A stretch of 64,000 bases of DNA from assembly GCA_031459875.1 (NCBI GenBank), contig JAVKHQ010000001.1, positions 192,001 to 256,000 on the forward strand. Direction: 5' to 3'. Position numbers and translations under genes: made by a program. This DNA comes from Candidatus Fervidifonticultor sextus. Its GTDB lineage: Bacteria; Sysuimicrobiota; Sysuimicrobiia; Sysuimicrobiales; Humicultoraceae. This document shows, piece after piece, positions 54,281 to 64,000 of this stretch; the first letter of the stretch is position 1; the number at the start of each line of letters is the position of its first letter. The notes beneath the pieces were generated by a model. That model made no database searches. It worked only from the letters and a program-made list of their open reading frames with translations, and was not told the DNA's origin.

Positions 54281-57175
54281 CTAGACGTCCTTCGCGGCCT
54301 GGACCCGCTCGCGCAGCGCCGCCTGAGCCGCGGCCAGCCTCGCCACCGGAACCCGGTAGGGCGAGCAACTCACGTAGTTCAGCCCCACCTGGTGGCAGAA
54401 CTCCACCGAACTCGGGTCCCCGCCGTGTTCCCCGCAGATGCCGACCTCCAGGTCGGGCCGCTGCATGCGGCCGCGGGTCACGGCAATCTGCATCGCCTCG
54501 CCCACGCCGGTGCGGTCGAGGGTCTGGAACGGATTCTCCGGCAGGATCCCCCGCTGGACGTACTGGAGCAGGAACTTGCCTTCGGCGTCGTCACGGGAGA
54601 TCCCGAAGATGGTCTGGGTCAGGTCGTTGGTGCCGAAGGAGAAGAACTCGGCGTACCGGGCGATCTCGCCGGCGGTGAAGCAGGCCCGCGGAATCTCGAT
54701 CATGGTGCCGAACTTGTACGCAAGCGCCACGCCCTCGCGCGCCAGCACGGCCCGGGCGACGTCTTCCAGTTCGCGCTTGGTCTCCCGCAGTTCATTGACG
54801 TGCCCGACCAGGGGGATCATGATCTCCGGCATGGCCGCAATCCCCTGCTTGGTGACCCGGCACGCCGCCTCCAGGATGGCCCGGACCTGCATCTTGATGA
54901 TCCCCGGATAGAGCAGGCCCAGGCGGATGCCGCGCAGGCCCAGCATCGGGTTGGCCTCGCGCAGGGCCGCCACGGTCCGCAGTTCGGCCTCCTTGCGCCG
55001 CAGCCGTGCCCGCAGCGTCTTCAGTGAGGGCTGGCCCTTCCGCGGCCGGTAGCGAGGCAGCGCGTCCAGCGCGGCGATGCGGCCCCGCAGGTCGCTCGTC
55101 TCCTCCAGCAGCGAGTCGTAGGAGGGCAGGAACTCGTGCAGCGGCGGGTCGATCAGCCGGATGATGACCGGCAGCCCGTCCATTACCTTGAAGATGCCCT
55201 CGAAGTCGCGGCGCTGCAGCCGGCCCAGATGCGCCAGCGCCGACTCGTAGCGCCGCACCGCCGCCGACCTCCGGACGGCCCTGGCCGCCTCCCTGGCCCT
55301 GGCGCGCAGCGCCCTGTCCTCGGGCGCGGCGCTGGCGGCGCGCTCGGCGTCGCGCTGCCGGTCGTAGAGGGCCTGCGCTTCGGCGGCACTGAGGATCATC
55401 TGGCGGACGATCGGCAACCGCTCCTCCTCGAAGAACATGTGCTCGGTCCGGCACAGGCCGATGCCTTCCGCGCCAAACGCCCGGGCCCGCTGGGCGTCCC
55501 TGGGGTAGTCCGCATTCGCCCACACCCCGAGGCGGCGGGCGCCGTCCGCCCAGGTGAGCAACTCGACCAGTTCCCGCTGCTCTTCCAGGCGCGGCTCGAC
55601 GGCCGGGAGCCTGCCGGCGAACACCTCGCCGGTGGCGCCGTCGATCGAGATGAAGTCGCCTTCCTTGATGACGCGGCCGTTGGCGACGAACCGCCTGGCG
55701 GCGGGTTCCACCCGGATGGCCTCGCACCCGGCCACGCAGGGCACGCCCAGGCCCCGGGCCACCACCGCGGCGTGGCTGGTGGCGCCGCCGCGGCTGGTCA
55801 GGATGCCCTTGGCGTGCAGCATCCCGTGGACGTCGTCGGGATTGGTCTCGGGGCGGACCAGGATCACCGGTTTGCCGGCCTTGCCCCAGGCCTCCGCCAG
55901 GTCCGCGGTGAACACCGCCATCCCCACCGCAGCGCCGGGCGAGGCGTTCAGCCCCCGCGAGAGGAGCCGCCCCTCCTTCACGGCGGCATCCTTGGCGGCG
56001 GGATCGAAGCGCGGGTGCAGGAGCATGTCGATGTGGCCCGGCTCCACCCGCAGCACCGCCTCCTCCTTCGTGATCAGGCCCTCGTGGGCCATGTCCACGG
56101 CGATCTTCACCGCGGCCTGCGCCGTCCGCTTGGCAGTCCGGGTCTGCAGCATCCACAGGCGGCCGCGCTCGATGGTGAACTCCAGGTCCTGGACGTCCCG
56201 GTAGTGCCGTTCCAGCAACTCGCAGACCTTCACGAACTCCTGGTAGGACTCCGGCATCTCCCGGGCCAGGTCGGCGATCGGCTTCGGCGTGCGGATCCCG
56301 GCCACCACATCCTCGCCCTGGGCGTTGGTCAGGTACTCGCCGTAGACCTTCCGCTCGCCGGTGGCCGGGTCCCGCGTGAAGGCCACGCCGGTCGCCGAGT
56401 CCGGTCCCATGTTCCCGAAGACCATCGTCTGCACGTTGACCGCGGTGCCCAAATCGTGGGGGATGCCGTGGAACGCCCGGTAGTCCACCGCCCGCTTGCC
56501 CATCCAGGAGTCGAAGACCGCCTCGATGGCCATCCGGAGCTGCTCCCACGGGTCCTCGGGGAAGGCGATCCCGCGCTCCGCCTTGATGATCCTCTTGAAG
56601 GTCTGGGCCAGGGCCCGCAGGTCTGCCGCGTCGAGCTCCGTGTCCTGCGTGACCCCCTTGCGGTGCTTGAGGCGCTCGATCTCCCGTTCGAAGCGCTCAC
56701 CCGGAATGTCCAGGACGATCTTCCCGAACATCTGGACGAACCGGCGATAGGCGTCCTGGCCGAACCGTTCGTTGTTCGTCAGGCGGATGAGCCCTTCCAG
56801 CGTCTGCGCGTTCAGCCCCAGGTTGAGGACGGTGTCCATCATGCCCGGCATGCTGAACTTGGCCCCCGAGCGGACGGAGACCAGCAGGGGATTGGCTGGA
56901 TCGCCGAACCCCTTCCCCGTCTTCTCCTCGAGGGTCCGCATGCGGGCGCGCACTTCGTCCATGAGCCCCTCGGGGAACTGGCGCCCGGACCTCATGAACT
57001 CGGTGCAGGCCTTGGTCGTGATGGTGAACCCGGGCGGCACCGGCAGCCCGACCCGGCTCATCTCGGCCAGTCCGGCGCCCTTGCCGCCCAGCAGGTCCCG
57101 CATCTGGGCGTTGCCTTCCTCGAAGAGCAGCGTCCAGCGGAACTCCGTACGCCGCCCTTCGGTCGTGATGACCAT
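54281..57175 (-). CDS. ppdK: Pyruvate, phosphate dikinase
   Basis: LGGKGAGLAEM, SMPGMMDT, GGATSHAAVVAR, GLCRTEHMF, FGTNDLTQ, GICGEHGG. Confidence 0.96.
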   Translation of the reverse strand: MVITTEGRRTEFRWTLLFEEGNAQMRDLLGGKGAGLAEMSRVGLPVPPGFTITTKACTEFMRSGRQFPEGLMDEVRARMRTLEEKTGKGFGDPANPLLVSVRSGAKFSMPGMMDTVLNLGLNAQTLEGLIRLTNNERFGQDAYRRFVQMFGKIVLDIPGERFEREIERLKHRKGVTQDTELDAADLRALAQTFKRIIKAERGIAFPEDPWEQLRMAIEAVFDSWMGKRAVDYRAFHGIPHDLGTAVNVQTMVFGNMGPDSATGVAFTRDPATGERKVYGEYLTNAQGEDVVAGIRTPKPIADLAREMPESYQEFVKVCELLERHYRDVQDLEFTIERGRLWMLQTRTAKRTAQAAVKIAVDMAHEGLITKEEAVLRVEPGHIDMLLHPRFDPAAKDAAVKEGRLLSRGLNASPGAAVGMAVFTADLAEAWGKAGKPVILVRPETNPDDVHGMLHAKGILTSRGGATSHAAVVARGLGVPCVAGCEAIRVEPAARRFVANGRVIKEGDFISIDGATGEVFAGRLPAVEPRLEEQRELVELLTWADGARRLGVWANADYPRDAQRARAFGAEGIGLCRTEHMFFEEERLPIVRQMILSAAEAQALYDRQRDAERAASAAPEDRALRARAREAARAVRRSAAVRRYESALAHLGRLQRRDFEGIFKVMDGLPVIIRLIDPPLHEFLPSYDSLLEETSDLRGRIAALDALPRYRPRKGQPSLKTLRARLRRKEAELRTVAALREANPMLGLRGIRLGLLYPGIIKMQVRAILEAACRVTKQGIAAMPEIMIPLVGHVNELRETKRELEDVARAVLAREGVALAYKFGTMIEIPRACFTAGEIARYAEFFSFGTNDLTQTIFGISRDDAEGKFLLQYVQRGILPENPFQTLDRTGVGEAMQIAVTRGRMQRPDLEVGICGEHGGDPSSVEFCHQVGLNYVSCSPYRVPVARLAAAQAALRERVQAAKDV

Positions 57176-57181
57176 CCACCC

Positions 57182-59416
57182 TCACTCCTTTACCGAATAT
57201 CCGGGGCGTCCGGCTTCCTGTGGAGCGGACGCGCCCGTCCTTCCGCTTGAATTCGGTGCGGGGGCTCCCCCTGCCTCCAGACGGACCAGCCGGCTGAAGT
57301 CGGCAATCTGCAGGAACGTAGCGGTGATCTCGCGCAGCAGCGCCAGGCGGTTCCCCCGGACCGCCGGCGCGGGGGCCATGACCAGCACCTCGTCGAAGAA
57401 CCGGTCGATCGGGTCGGCCAGCTGCGCCAGGATTTCGAGGGCCTCCATGTAGCGGCGCTCGCGCTCACCCGCCCCCTCCCGCGTCCCCGCCGCCTCCGGG
57501 ACCAACGCCCGGGCGATCTCCGCGTTGGCGTGCTGCCACGCCTGGTAGAGCGCCACTTCGGCCGGCTCGGTCAGTTTCGACTCGTCCACCGCCGGAGCCG
57601 GAGCGCCCTGGCCGAGAATCCGCGAGGCGCGTGCGAACCCCGTGGCCAGCCGGGCCATGACCGGATCCCCGCGCATCCGGTGCAGCGCGCGGACGCGGGC
57701 GGCCAGATCCGTCACCCGGTCGCCGCGGGTCGCGAAGACGGCATCTACCGCATCGTAGGCCATCCCCTGGTCGAGCAGCGACCCGCGGAACCGCTGTAGC
57801 ACGAACTCTGCGCAGGCGCGCGCCATCGGGCCCCCGGTCTCTGCGGGGGCCTCGAAGGTCCCCACCGCGGTGGTGAAGAGGTCGCCCAGTCCTACCGGCA
57901 GATCGTGTGCCAGCAGCACGGCGGCGATCCCCGAGGCCGCGCGGCGCAGGCCGTAGGGGTCCTGGGACCCGGTCGGCTCCAGGCCGGCCAGCAGCGCGCC
58001 CGCCAGCAGCACGGCCCGATCGGCCACGGCCAGCAGCGCGCCCGCCAGCGTCTGTGGAGGCGTCCCGCCCGCCGCCTTCGGCCAGTAGTGCTGCTCGACG
58101 GCGCTGGCCACGTCTGCGGGTTCGCCCCGCTCCAGCGCGTAGATCCGCCCCATGGTGCCCTGGAGGTCGGGGAACTCGCGGACCATGGCGGTCACCAGGT
58201 CCGCCTTGCACAGGCGCGCCGCCCGCTCGACCGTCTGCCGCCCCGTCTCGTCCAGTCCGACGACCCCGGCCAGCCAGGCTGCGACGCGCTCGAGGCGCCG
58301 GACGTGGTCGGCCATGGAGCCGAGCCCCTCGACGTGCGCCAGACGGGCCAGTTCGCCGATCCACGCATCAAAGTGGCTCCGGCGGTCCTCCTCGAGGAAG
58401 AACCGGGCGTCTTCGAGCCTGGCCCGCACCACCCACTCGTGGCCGGTCCGCACCGAGTCCAGGTGCGCGGTGCCGCCGTCGCGGACCGCGATGAAGGCGG
58501 GCAGCAGATCACCCGCCGGACTCTCGACCCCGAAGCACTTCTGGTGGTGTTGCAGGGTGACCAGCACCACCTCGCGGGGGAGTGCCGCGGACAGCGCCGG
58601 GTCGAAGGTGCCGAGCAGCGGCGTGGGATGCTCGGTGGACCAGACGAGTTCGTCCAGCAGCGCCTCGTCCAGGACCGGTCGCCCGCCGACGCCGCCGGCC
58701 AGGGCGCCGGCGCCGTCGGCGATGCGCCTGCGGCGCTGCTCGGGATCCAGCAGCACGTGGGCCCGTCGGATGGCCGCCGGGTACGCCCTGGCCCCCCGGA
58801 CCGTCACCGGGCCGGGGGCGAGGAACCGATGGCCTCGGGTCCGTCGGCCCGCCCTCACCCCGGCCACCGCCAGGGGAATGAGGCGGTCGCCCAACAGGGC
58901 CACGACCCACCGGATGGGCCGTCCGAAGCGGAAGCCGTGAGATGCCCACCGCATGCTCTTGGGAAACGAGAGGCCCGCGATCACGCGCGGCAGGATCTCG
59001 GCCAGGACCACGTAGGAGGGACGGCCGGCCTCCCTGACCTCGGCGGTCACATAGCGGCCCCCCTCGAGGTCCCGAACCTTCAGAGCCTCCACCGCCACCC
59101 CCTGCGATCGGGCGAATCCCACCGCGGCCTGCGTCGGCGCACCGGCCGCATCGTAGGCGATCCGGGCGGCGGGTCCGCGCACGATGGTCAGACGGTCAGC
59201 CTGGCGGGACGCCACGCCCTCGGCCATCAGGACCAGCCGGCGCACGGTGCCGGTGGTCTGTACCGCCCCCGCTGCGATGCGCGCCTCGCGCAGCGCCGCG
59301 CGTGTCTCCCGCGCCAACTGCTCCAGCACCGGTGCCACCGAGCCGGGCGGGAGCTCCTCGGTCCCGATCTCGACGAGCAGGGCGGCCGGCGCGCCCGACA
59401 CGCGGCGCCTAGGCAA
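57182..59416 (-). CDS. glyS: Glycine--tRNA ligase beta subunit
   Basis: [32 protein letters not shown]. Confidence 0.93.
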   Translation of the reverse strand: MPRRRVSGAPAALLVEIGTEELPPGSVAPVLEQLARETRAALREARIAAGAVQTTGTVRRLVLMAEGVASRQADRLTIVRGPAARIAYDAAGAPTQAAVGFARSQGVAVEALKVRDLEGGRYVTAEVREAGRPSYVVLAEILPRVIAGLSFPKSMRWASHGFRFGRPIRWVVALLGDRLIPLAVAGVRAGRRTRGHRFLAPGPVTVRGARAYPAAIRRAHVLLDPEQRRRRIADGAGALAGGVGGRPVLDEALLDELVWSTEHPTPLLGTFDPALSAALPREVVLVTLQHHQKCFGVESPAGDLLPAFIAVRDGGTAHLDSVRTGHEWVVRARLEDARFFLEEDRRSHFDAWIGELARLAHVEGLGSMADHVRRLERVAAWLAGVVGLDETGRQTVERAARLCKADLVTAMVREFPDLQGTMGRIYALERGEPADVASAVEQHYWPKAAGGTPPQTLAGALLAVADRAVLLAGALLAGLEPTGSQDPYGLRRAASGIAAVLLAHDLPVGLGDLFTTAVGTFEAPAETGGPMARACAEFVLQRFRGSLLDQGMAYDAVDAVFATRGDRVTDLAARVRALHRMRGDPVMARLATGFARASRILGQGAPAPAVDESKLTEPAEVALYQAWQHANAEIARALVPEAAGTREGAGERERRYMEALEILAQLADPIDRFFDEVLVMAPAPAVRGNRLALLREITATFLQIADFSRLVRLEAGGAPAPNSSGRTGASAPQEAGRPGYSVKE

Positions 59417-60323
59417 CGCCCCCGCCTCCGGCGGGCTCGCCCCCTGACTGGCGGACCGGCGGTGCACCCTGCTGCAGGTACGCCACCGCCGCCCCCCGCG
59501 CCAGCGCCCGGATCCGGCCCATCAGTTCCACGCGCTGCGTCACGCTGACGGCGCCGCGCGCGTCCAGCAGGTTGAACAGGTGCGAGCACTTCAGCACGGC
59601 GTCGTAGGCCGGCAGGACGAGCGGGATCTCCAGCAGCCGACGCGCCTCGGCCTCGTGGGCCTCGAACAGCCTCCGCAGCGCCTCCGGATCGCCGTACTCG
59701 AATCCATACGTCGAGTGCTGTCGCTCTTCGTCCCTCCGCAGGGAACCGTAGGTCACGCCGGGCGCCCACTCCACCTCGAAGACCGACGTCTTGCGCTGGA
59801 GGTACATCGCCAGCCGCTCCAGGCCGTAGGTGAGCTCGACCGAGACCGGGTCCAGGTCCAGCCCGCCCATCTGCTGGAAATACGTGAACTGCGTGATCTC
59901 CTGGCCGTCCAGAAAGACCTGCCACCCGACACCCCACGCCCCGAGGGTCGGCGCCTCCCAGTCGTCCTCCAGAAAGCGCACGTCGTGGTGCTCCAGGACC
60001 AGGCCCAGACGCTCCAGGCTCTTCAGGTAGAGGTCTTGAACGTCGTCGGGCGCCGGCTTGAGGATCACCTGATACTGGTAGTGTTTGTAGAGCCGGTTGG
60101 GATTCTCCCCGTAGCGGCCGTCGGCGGGTCGGCGGCTGGGCTGCACGTAGGCGACCCGCCAGGGCTGGGGCCCGAGCGTGCGCAGGAACGTGGCCGGGTG
60201 GAACGTACCGGCGCCCACCTCCACATCGTAGGCTTCTTCCAGCACGCAGCCCTGACCGGCCCAGAACCGGTCCAGGGCCAGGATCGTGTCTTGAAAGGTC
60301 AGGACCTTGTCGCGTTTAGGCAT
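59409..60323 (-). CDS. glyQ: Glycine--tRNA ligase alpha subunit
   Basis: [36 protein letters not shown]. Confidence 0.96.
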   Translation of the reverse strand: MPKRDKVLTFQDTILALDRFWAGQGCVLEEAYDVEVGAGTFHPATFLRTLGPQPWRVAYVQPSRRPADGRYGENPNRLYKHYQYQVILKPAPDDVQDLYLKSLERLGLVLEHHDVRFLEDDWEAPTLGAWGVGWQVFLDGQEITQFTYFQQMGGLDLDPVSVELTYGLERLAMYLQRKTSVFEVEWAPGVTYGSLRRDEERQHSTYGFEYGDPEALRRLFEAHEAEARRLLEIPLVLPAYDAVLKCSHLFNLLDARGAVSVTQRVELMGRIRALARGAAVAYLQQGAPPVRQSGGEPAGGGGVA

Positions 60324-60343
60324 CGGTCGCGAACCGTGCACAC

Positions 60344-60562
60344 AACAAAAGAGCGCCGTCTCAGGGACGGGCGCTCCGCGGTTCCACCCTGATTCCCGCG
60401 GCACGCCTCGCACCGCGGGCTCTCGCTCCGCGCTCTCGGGCGGATCCCGGCAGGGGCATTGACCTGCGGCTTGGGAGCGCCGTTCACCGCGCCCCGCGCC
60501 CGTTCCCACCACCCACGGGCTCTCTCAAGCGGTTTGGCGGCTACTCCTCTCCCGCATCGCCG
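60344..60562 (-). ncRNA. T-box riboswitch (Gly, GGC specifier) upstream of glyQS
   Basis: AGTA, AGAGA and GGTGnGAA stem I motifs; GAAC-GGC specifier (60479-60481); AATCAGGGTGGAACCGCG T-box; terminator GAGCGCCCGTC/GACGGCGCTC-TTTT. Confidence 0.92.
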
Positions 60563-60582
60563 TGCGTGATACAGCCTGGGCC

Positions 60583-60611
60583 ATTCTAGCAACCGGGACC
60601 GGCGCGGTCAA
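60583..60611 (-). promoter_or_regulatory. sigma70-type promoter of the T-box/glyQS
   Basis: TTGACC-17 nt-TAGAAT. Confidence 0.75.
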
Positions 60612-60838
60612 CGCGCAAGCGACGCCCAGGGGCACACTCACGAGCGGCGCACTCTGGTTCGCTCGCAGAGGGGCGTCTCGAATCTCGTTCATCGCCTGTT
60701 TCCAAGCCACCCGCCGTTCCGGGAGCGCCCCCTGGCTGCGCAGGCGTCCCGGCCGCGGTTCGAGATCCACCACCGGCTGGTGACGCAGCGAGCTCAACAG
60801 CGCTTGCCGCCACATCGCCGTGTGCGGTCATCAATTGG

Positions 60839-61591
60839 TCAAGACCGGCCCCGTTGAAGAACAGCCTGCGTCTGCCGCGTGAGACGCATGCCCAGATCGT
60901 GCAGGTCGCGGAAGCCTTCCGGCGACGGGAGGTTAATCTCGCTGGCCAAAAGCCGCAGATTCGGGCCTCCGGCCCAGACTCGGAGAGATCCGCCCTGGTT
61001 GGCATGCCACCGTTTGATCACAGCGATGACCTCATCTGACACAATCTCCAGTGCCACACGGGCATCGTCGGCGAACACGCGGTAGCCTTCCGGAAGCCTT
61101 CCGACGGCTGTGGTCACCTCTCGTGCGGTCCGGGCAAAGGCGATGACAGGCGGAAGCCGAACCGCGGTCCTCTGTCCGGCTGCGACGGGCCAGGACCCGG
61201 GAGTGACGCCTGCTGTGGGATCAACATCAAGTCGGTACCCGGACCCGGCCAGCCAGCCCCACGCCGACTCGCTCGTCTTGATATCGTTGCCGACGATCGC
61301 GAGCACATGTTCCGAGCGCACCGAGTCGGTCGTCCAAATCAACGTCGTGCGGCGGGGTGTCTCGGCGTCGTCCACACTGACGACACGAAGCGTCCACTCG
61401 ACGCCGTCCGTGGCGCCCGCGTACCGGGCGACCTCGCCCTCTCGGAACGGCTCTGTGACCCGTCCGCCCATGGCAAGGGCCCGTGCCGCGTGTATGGTAT
61501 GCTCCTTCCCCCGGGTCGCGCCTCTCCATCGCGCCAGCATGATCACGGCGATGACGACGACAATGAGAATTTCTACCAGCCCGAGCGACAC
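60839..61591 (-). CDS. Hypothetical protein with N-terminal membrane anchor
   Basis: LGLVEILIVVVIAVIML TM segment; follows the lectin-like genes. Confidence 0.55.
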   Translation of the reverse strand: MSLGLVEILIVVVIAVIMLARWRGATRGKEHTIHAARALAMGGRVTEPFREGEVARYAGATDGVEWTLRVVSVDDAETPRRTTLIWTTDSVRSEHVLAIVGNDIKTSESAWGWLAGSGYRLDVDPTAGVTPGSWPVAAGQRTAVRLPPVIAFARTAREVTTAVGRLPEGYRVFADDARVALEIVSDEVIAVIKRWHANQGGSLRVWAGGPNLRLLASEINLPSPEGFRDLHDLGMRLTRQTQAVLQRGRS

Positions 61592-61635
61592 GCCAGAACG
61601 GCCACGGCGACCCTCATTCTGGATGCCGGCCCGTA

Positions 61636-62862
61636 CTACCGCCCGGTCACGACGGTGATCGACGAACCCGGGCTTCCGGCACCAGGAGGAGTAATCGGGG
61701 ACGGTGTCTGCCACGGTCCAACGGCCCAGTTCGTGGCGATGGCACCGTCGGACCCTTGGTAGAAGACGTGCAACTGGTCACGGCGCAACACGGCTGCAAG
61801 ACGGGATCCGGCCCCGGCCGCACCCGCCGGCGTGATAGCGAAAGGCTTCGCCCACGGCCCGACGGCCCATGTCGTTGCGATCGCGCCGTCGCGAGCGATG
61901 TAGAACACGTGGAGTTGGTCGCCGCCACGGACCACGGCCGCCAGCGGCGAGTCCCCACGGGCTGCGCCGGGCGGGGTGATAGGGAACGGACTTGCCCAGG
62001 AGTGCTGACCATCCTTCCAGGTCGTCGCGACCGCGCTGTCGGGGCGCACGAAGAACACGTGAAGCTGGTCGTTCCCACGGGTCAGCACCGCAATCGGCGT
62101 CTGCGGGTTTCCCACACCGGGCGGAACAATCGGCTGCCGCCCTGTCGTCTTCTGGAGGGGGTTGACAGGGCGGCAGCTCAGGATGTCGATAGACCAGTCC
62201 TCAACGAGTGCGCCGTCGACGGCCTGGTAGAACACGCTCCACCCGCAGGGGTTCGGGATGAAGGCCAAGCCGGAACCGTTCCCCACCGAGCTGGCCGAAA
62301 CGACTTCCAAAGCATACACATGAGAGGCCGTGGCGGTCACGGGCTGCTCATCCATACCTGCGACTGAGTTGCGCGGGGTGACGAAGAATATCCAGCCGCG
62401 GCGGCCCCACTTGGCAGCCGTCAGCGGTGAGTCGCCGCGCACGAGGCCAACCTGTGTAATGGCGTTCGCTCTCCACTGGCGACCGACCTGCATCGCGCTC
62501 CCAATCGCGCCGTCGGGCTGGACGTAGAAGGCTTGCAAGAAGCCCTGTTCGTTGACCGCCGCGGCGATTGGCGAGTTTGGCCTCCCCGCGCCGGGCGGGG
62601 CAATCTGGGACGGCGTGCTCCATGGCCCCACGGCCCAGTTCATGCCCAGGGCACCGTTGGGGGCCTGATAGAAGACGTCGAGTTCGTCAGGGTTCCTGGT
62701 CAGGGTGCGCTCGATACGACCTCCCGGGAGGCCAGGCGCGGCCGCCGCAGCAATGACCGTCGCATCCGTGCTCTTCTTCGCCATCCCCGCCGGAGAGAGC
62801 AGTATCGAGGTCACGACAAGAGCGACTACCCCGATCTTCATGGCGCCGGCTTGGAGGAGCAT
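61636..62862 (-). CDS. Secreted beta-propeller repeat protein (fucose-lectin-like)
   Basis: Signal peptide; repeats of (L)HVF(Y/F)xxxDGA(I/V)ATxW...W..P..ITPPGA. Confidence 0.7.
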   Translation of the reverse strand: MLLQAGAMKIGVVALVVTSILLSPAGMAKKSTDATVIAAAAAPGLPGGRIERTLTRNPDELDVFYQAPNGALGMNWAVGPWSTPSQIAPPGAGRPNSPIAAAVNEQGFLQAFYVQPDGAIGSAMQVGRQWRANAITQVGLVRGDSPLTAAKWGRRGWIFFVTPRNSVAGMDEQPVTATASHVYALEVVSASSVGNGSGLAFIPNPCGWSVFYQAVDGALVEDWSIDILSCRPVNPLQKTTGRQPIVPPGVGNPQTPIAVLTRGNDQLHVFFVRPDSAVATTWKDGQHSWASPFPITPPGAARGDSPLAAVVRGGDQLHVFYIARDGAIATTWAVGPWAKPFAITPAGAAGAGSRLAAVLRRDQLHVFYQGSDGAIATNWAVGPWQTPSPITPPGAGSPGSSITVVTGR

Positions 62863-62876
62863 CGGCGACTCTCCTT

Positions 62877-63998
62877 TCACTTGCCCGTCACCGCGACAAT
62901 CGGGGAGCCTGAGCTTCCCGCTCCCGGCGGCGTGATGGGCAAGGGCGTCTGCCACGGTCCCGATGGATACGGCAGCGGCGCCACGGCCCAGGTCGTCGCC
63001 AGCGCTCCGTCGGGCCCCTGGTAGAAAACGTGCAACTGGTCGTCGCGGTGCTCGACCGCTGCTATCCGGGAGCCTCGCCCGGCCGCGCCCGGCGGCGTGA
63101 TGAGGAAGGGCGTCCGCCAGGGATACAGTGGTCCGATTATCACATTGGCCCTCACCATCGAGGTCGTCGCCAGGGAGCCATCGGAACTCACATAGAAGAC
63201 GTGGATCACCTCGTCGCGATGAATGGCCGCTGCTAGCGGCGAATCGCCGCGAGATGCGCCAGGCGGTGTGATTGTGACCGGCGCAATACGGAAGAGCTCG
63301 TCAGTTCCATACGTCGTTGCGACAGCGTTGTCGGGCTGCACAAAGAAGACGTGGACCTGGGTATTGTTGCGGGTTAGCGACGCGATCGGCGACCGCGGAG
63401 CCGCCACAAACGGTGGGGCGATTTGGACTGGCGACTGCCATCCCGGCGCTGCCACGCGTGGTGCAAATCGGGCCCCCACCGGCACAAAGAAAACGTCCAC
63501 GATCGCTCCGGTGGTCGTCTGGTAGAACACGTGCCACTCGTTGTTGCGGCGCAGGGCCGCGGCAAGATCGGTGCCGTTGCCCGCCGAGCCGGCCGGCGTG
63601 ATCGCCTCAGCGGTCACGTGGGGGATCGCATCGGTCACCAGGCCCGCGAATATCCTCGAGACTGAGCCGTTCGGGGCGACGAAGAACACGCTGATCTCCC
63701 TGCCGAGCCTGACGGCTGCCAGCGGCGAGTCGACGCGCACGAGGCCGGGCTGTGTGATGGCGCTCGCCCTCCACCGGCCACCGCCGACCTGCATCACGCT
63801 CCCAATCGCGCCGTCGGGCTGGACGTAGAAGGCCTGAAACATGCCCTCCCTGTTGATCGCAGCAGCGATGGGCGAGTCCGGCCTCGCCTCGCCGCGCGGC
63901 GTAATCGACGTGGGCGCAAACCATGGCCCCCCCACTGTCGAGTTCGTGGCGAGCGAGCCATCAGGTCCCCGATAGAAGACGCGACGTTCATCGGGGCC
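62877..63998 (-). CDS. Second beta-propeller repeat protein (paralog), 5' end beyond window
   Basis: Same repeats, same C-terminus PWQTP.PITPPGAGS.GS.I..VTG; frame stays open to the window edge. Confidence 0.7.
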   Translation of the reverse strand, partial: GPDERRVFYRGPDGSLATNSTVGGPWFAPTSITPRGEARPDSPIAAAINREGMFQAFYVQPDGAIGSVMQVGGGRWRASAITQPGLVRVDSPLAAVRLGREISVFFVAPNGSVSRIFAGLVTDAIPHVTAEAITPAGSAGNGTDLAAALRRNNEWHVFYQTTTGAIVDVFFVPVGARFAPRVAAPGWQSPVQIAPPFVAAPRSPIASLTRNNTQVHVFFVQPDNAVATTYGTDELFRIAPVTITPPGASRGDSPLAAAIHRDEVIHVFYVSSDGSLATTSMVRANVIIGPLYPWRTPFLITPPGAAGRGSRIAAVEHRDDQLHVFYQGPDGALATTWAVAPLPYPSGPWQTPLPITPPGAGSSGSPIVAVTGK

Positions 63999-64000
63999 TG

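Noticed and set aside
50413..54678. Very long antisense ORFs (e.g. 1421 aa here, 1036 aa at 24941-28051, 411 aa at 13-1248)
   Set aside because: They are shadows of real genes on the opposite strand in high-GC DNA, with no recognisable motifs
60525..60815. 96-aa ORF upstream of the T-box
   Set aside because: It overlaps the glyQS promoter and leader and has no RBS or recognisable motif
61636..64000. Diversity-generating retroelement TR/VR pair
   Set aside because: No reverse transcriptase in the window; the similarity is better explained by gene duplication, and mismatches are not obviously adenine-specific

Overview
High-GC (~70% by eye) bacterial chromosome window with Terrabacteria/Firmicutes-like gene content and synteny (alaS-ruvX-DUF1292-mltG, glyQS under a T-box, spoVS, csaB, rpsU-yqeY, hpf...secA-lnt-prfB); the exact lineage cannot be fixed from sequence alone. 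The first ~17.7 kb is the standout. It is a compact c-di-GMP signalling and type IV pilus locus with three c-di-GMP-I (GEMM) riboswitches, each followed by an intrinsic terminator. They precede (i) a TPR-MshEN-PilB ATPase, (ii) a SigB/F-like sigma factor, a roadblock (MglB-like) gene and four minor pilins, and (iii) an operon of two orphan solute-binding proteins, a stand-alone membrane protein and two hypothetical proteins. The same locus holds a second roadblock gene, a TPR lytic transglycosylase, a degenerate GGDEF protein with intact I-site, an HD-GYP protein and a divergent DnaB-like ATPase. The rest is mostly housekeeping: aaRS genes, tRNA-Gln, prfB with a +1 frameshift, secA, lnt, hppA, ppdK. 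It also carries one ISNCY-like insertion sequence, a vapBC pair, a candidate structured RNA upstream of rpsU, sigmaH-like promoters before spoVS and hpf, and tandem lectin-like beta-propeller genes at the right end. All calls come from reading motifs by eye; no database searches or folding programs were run.
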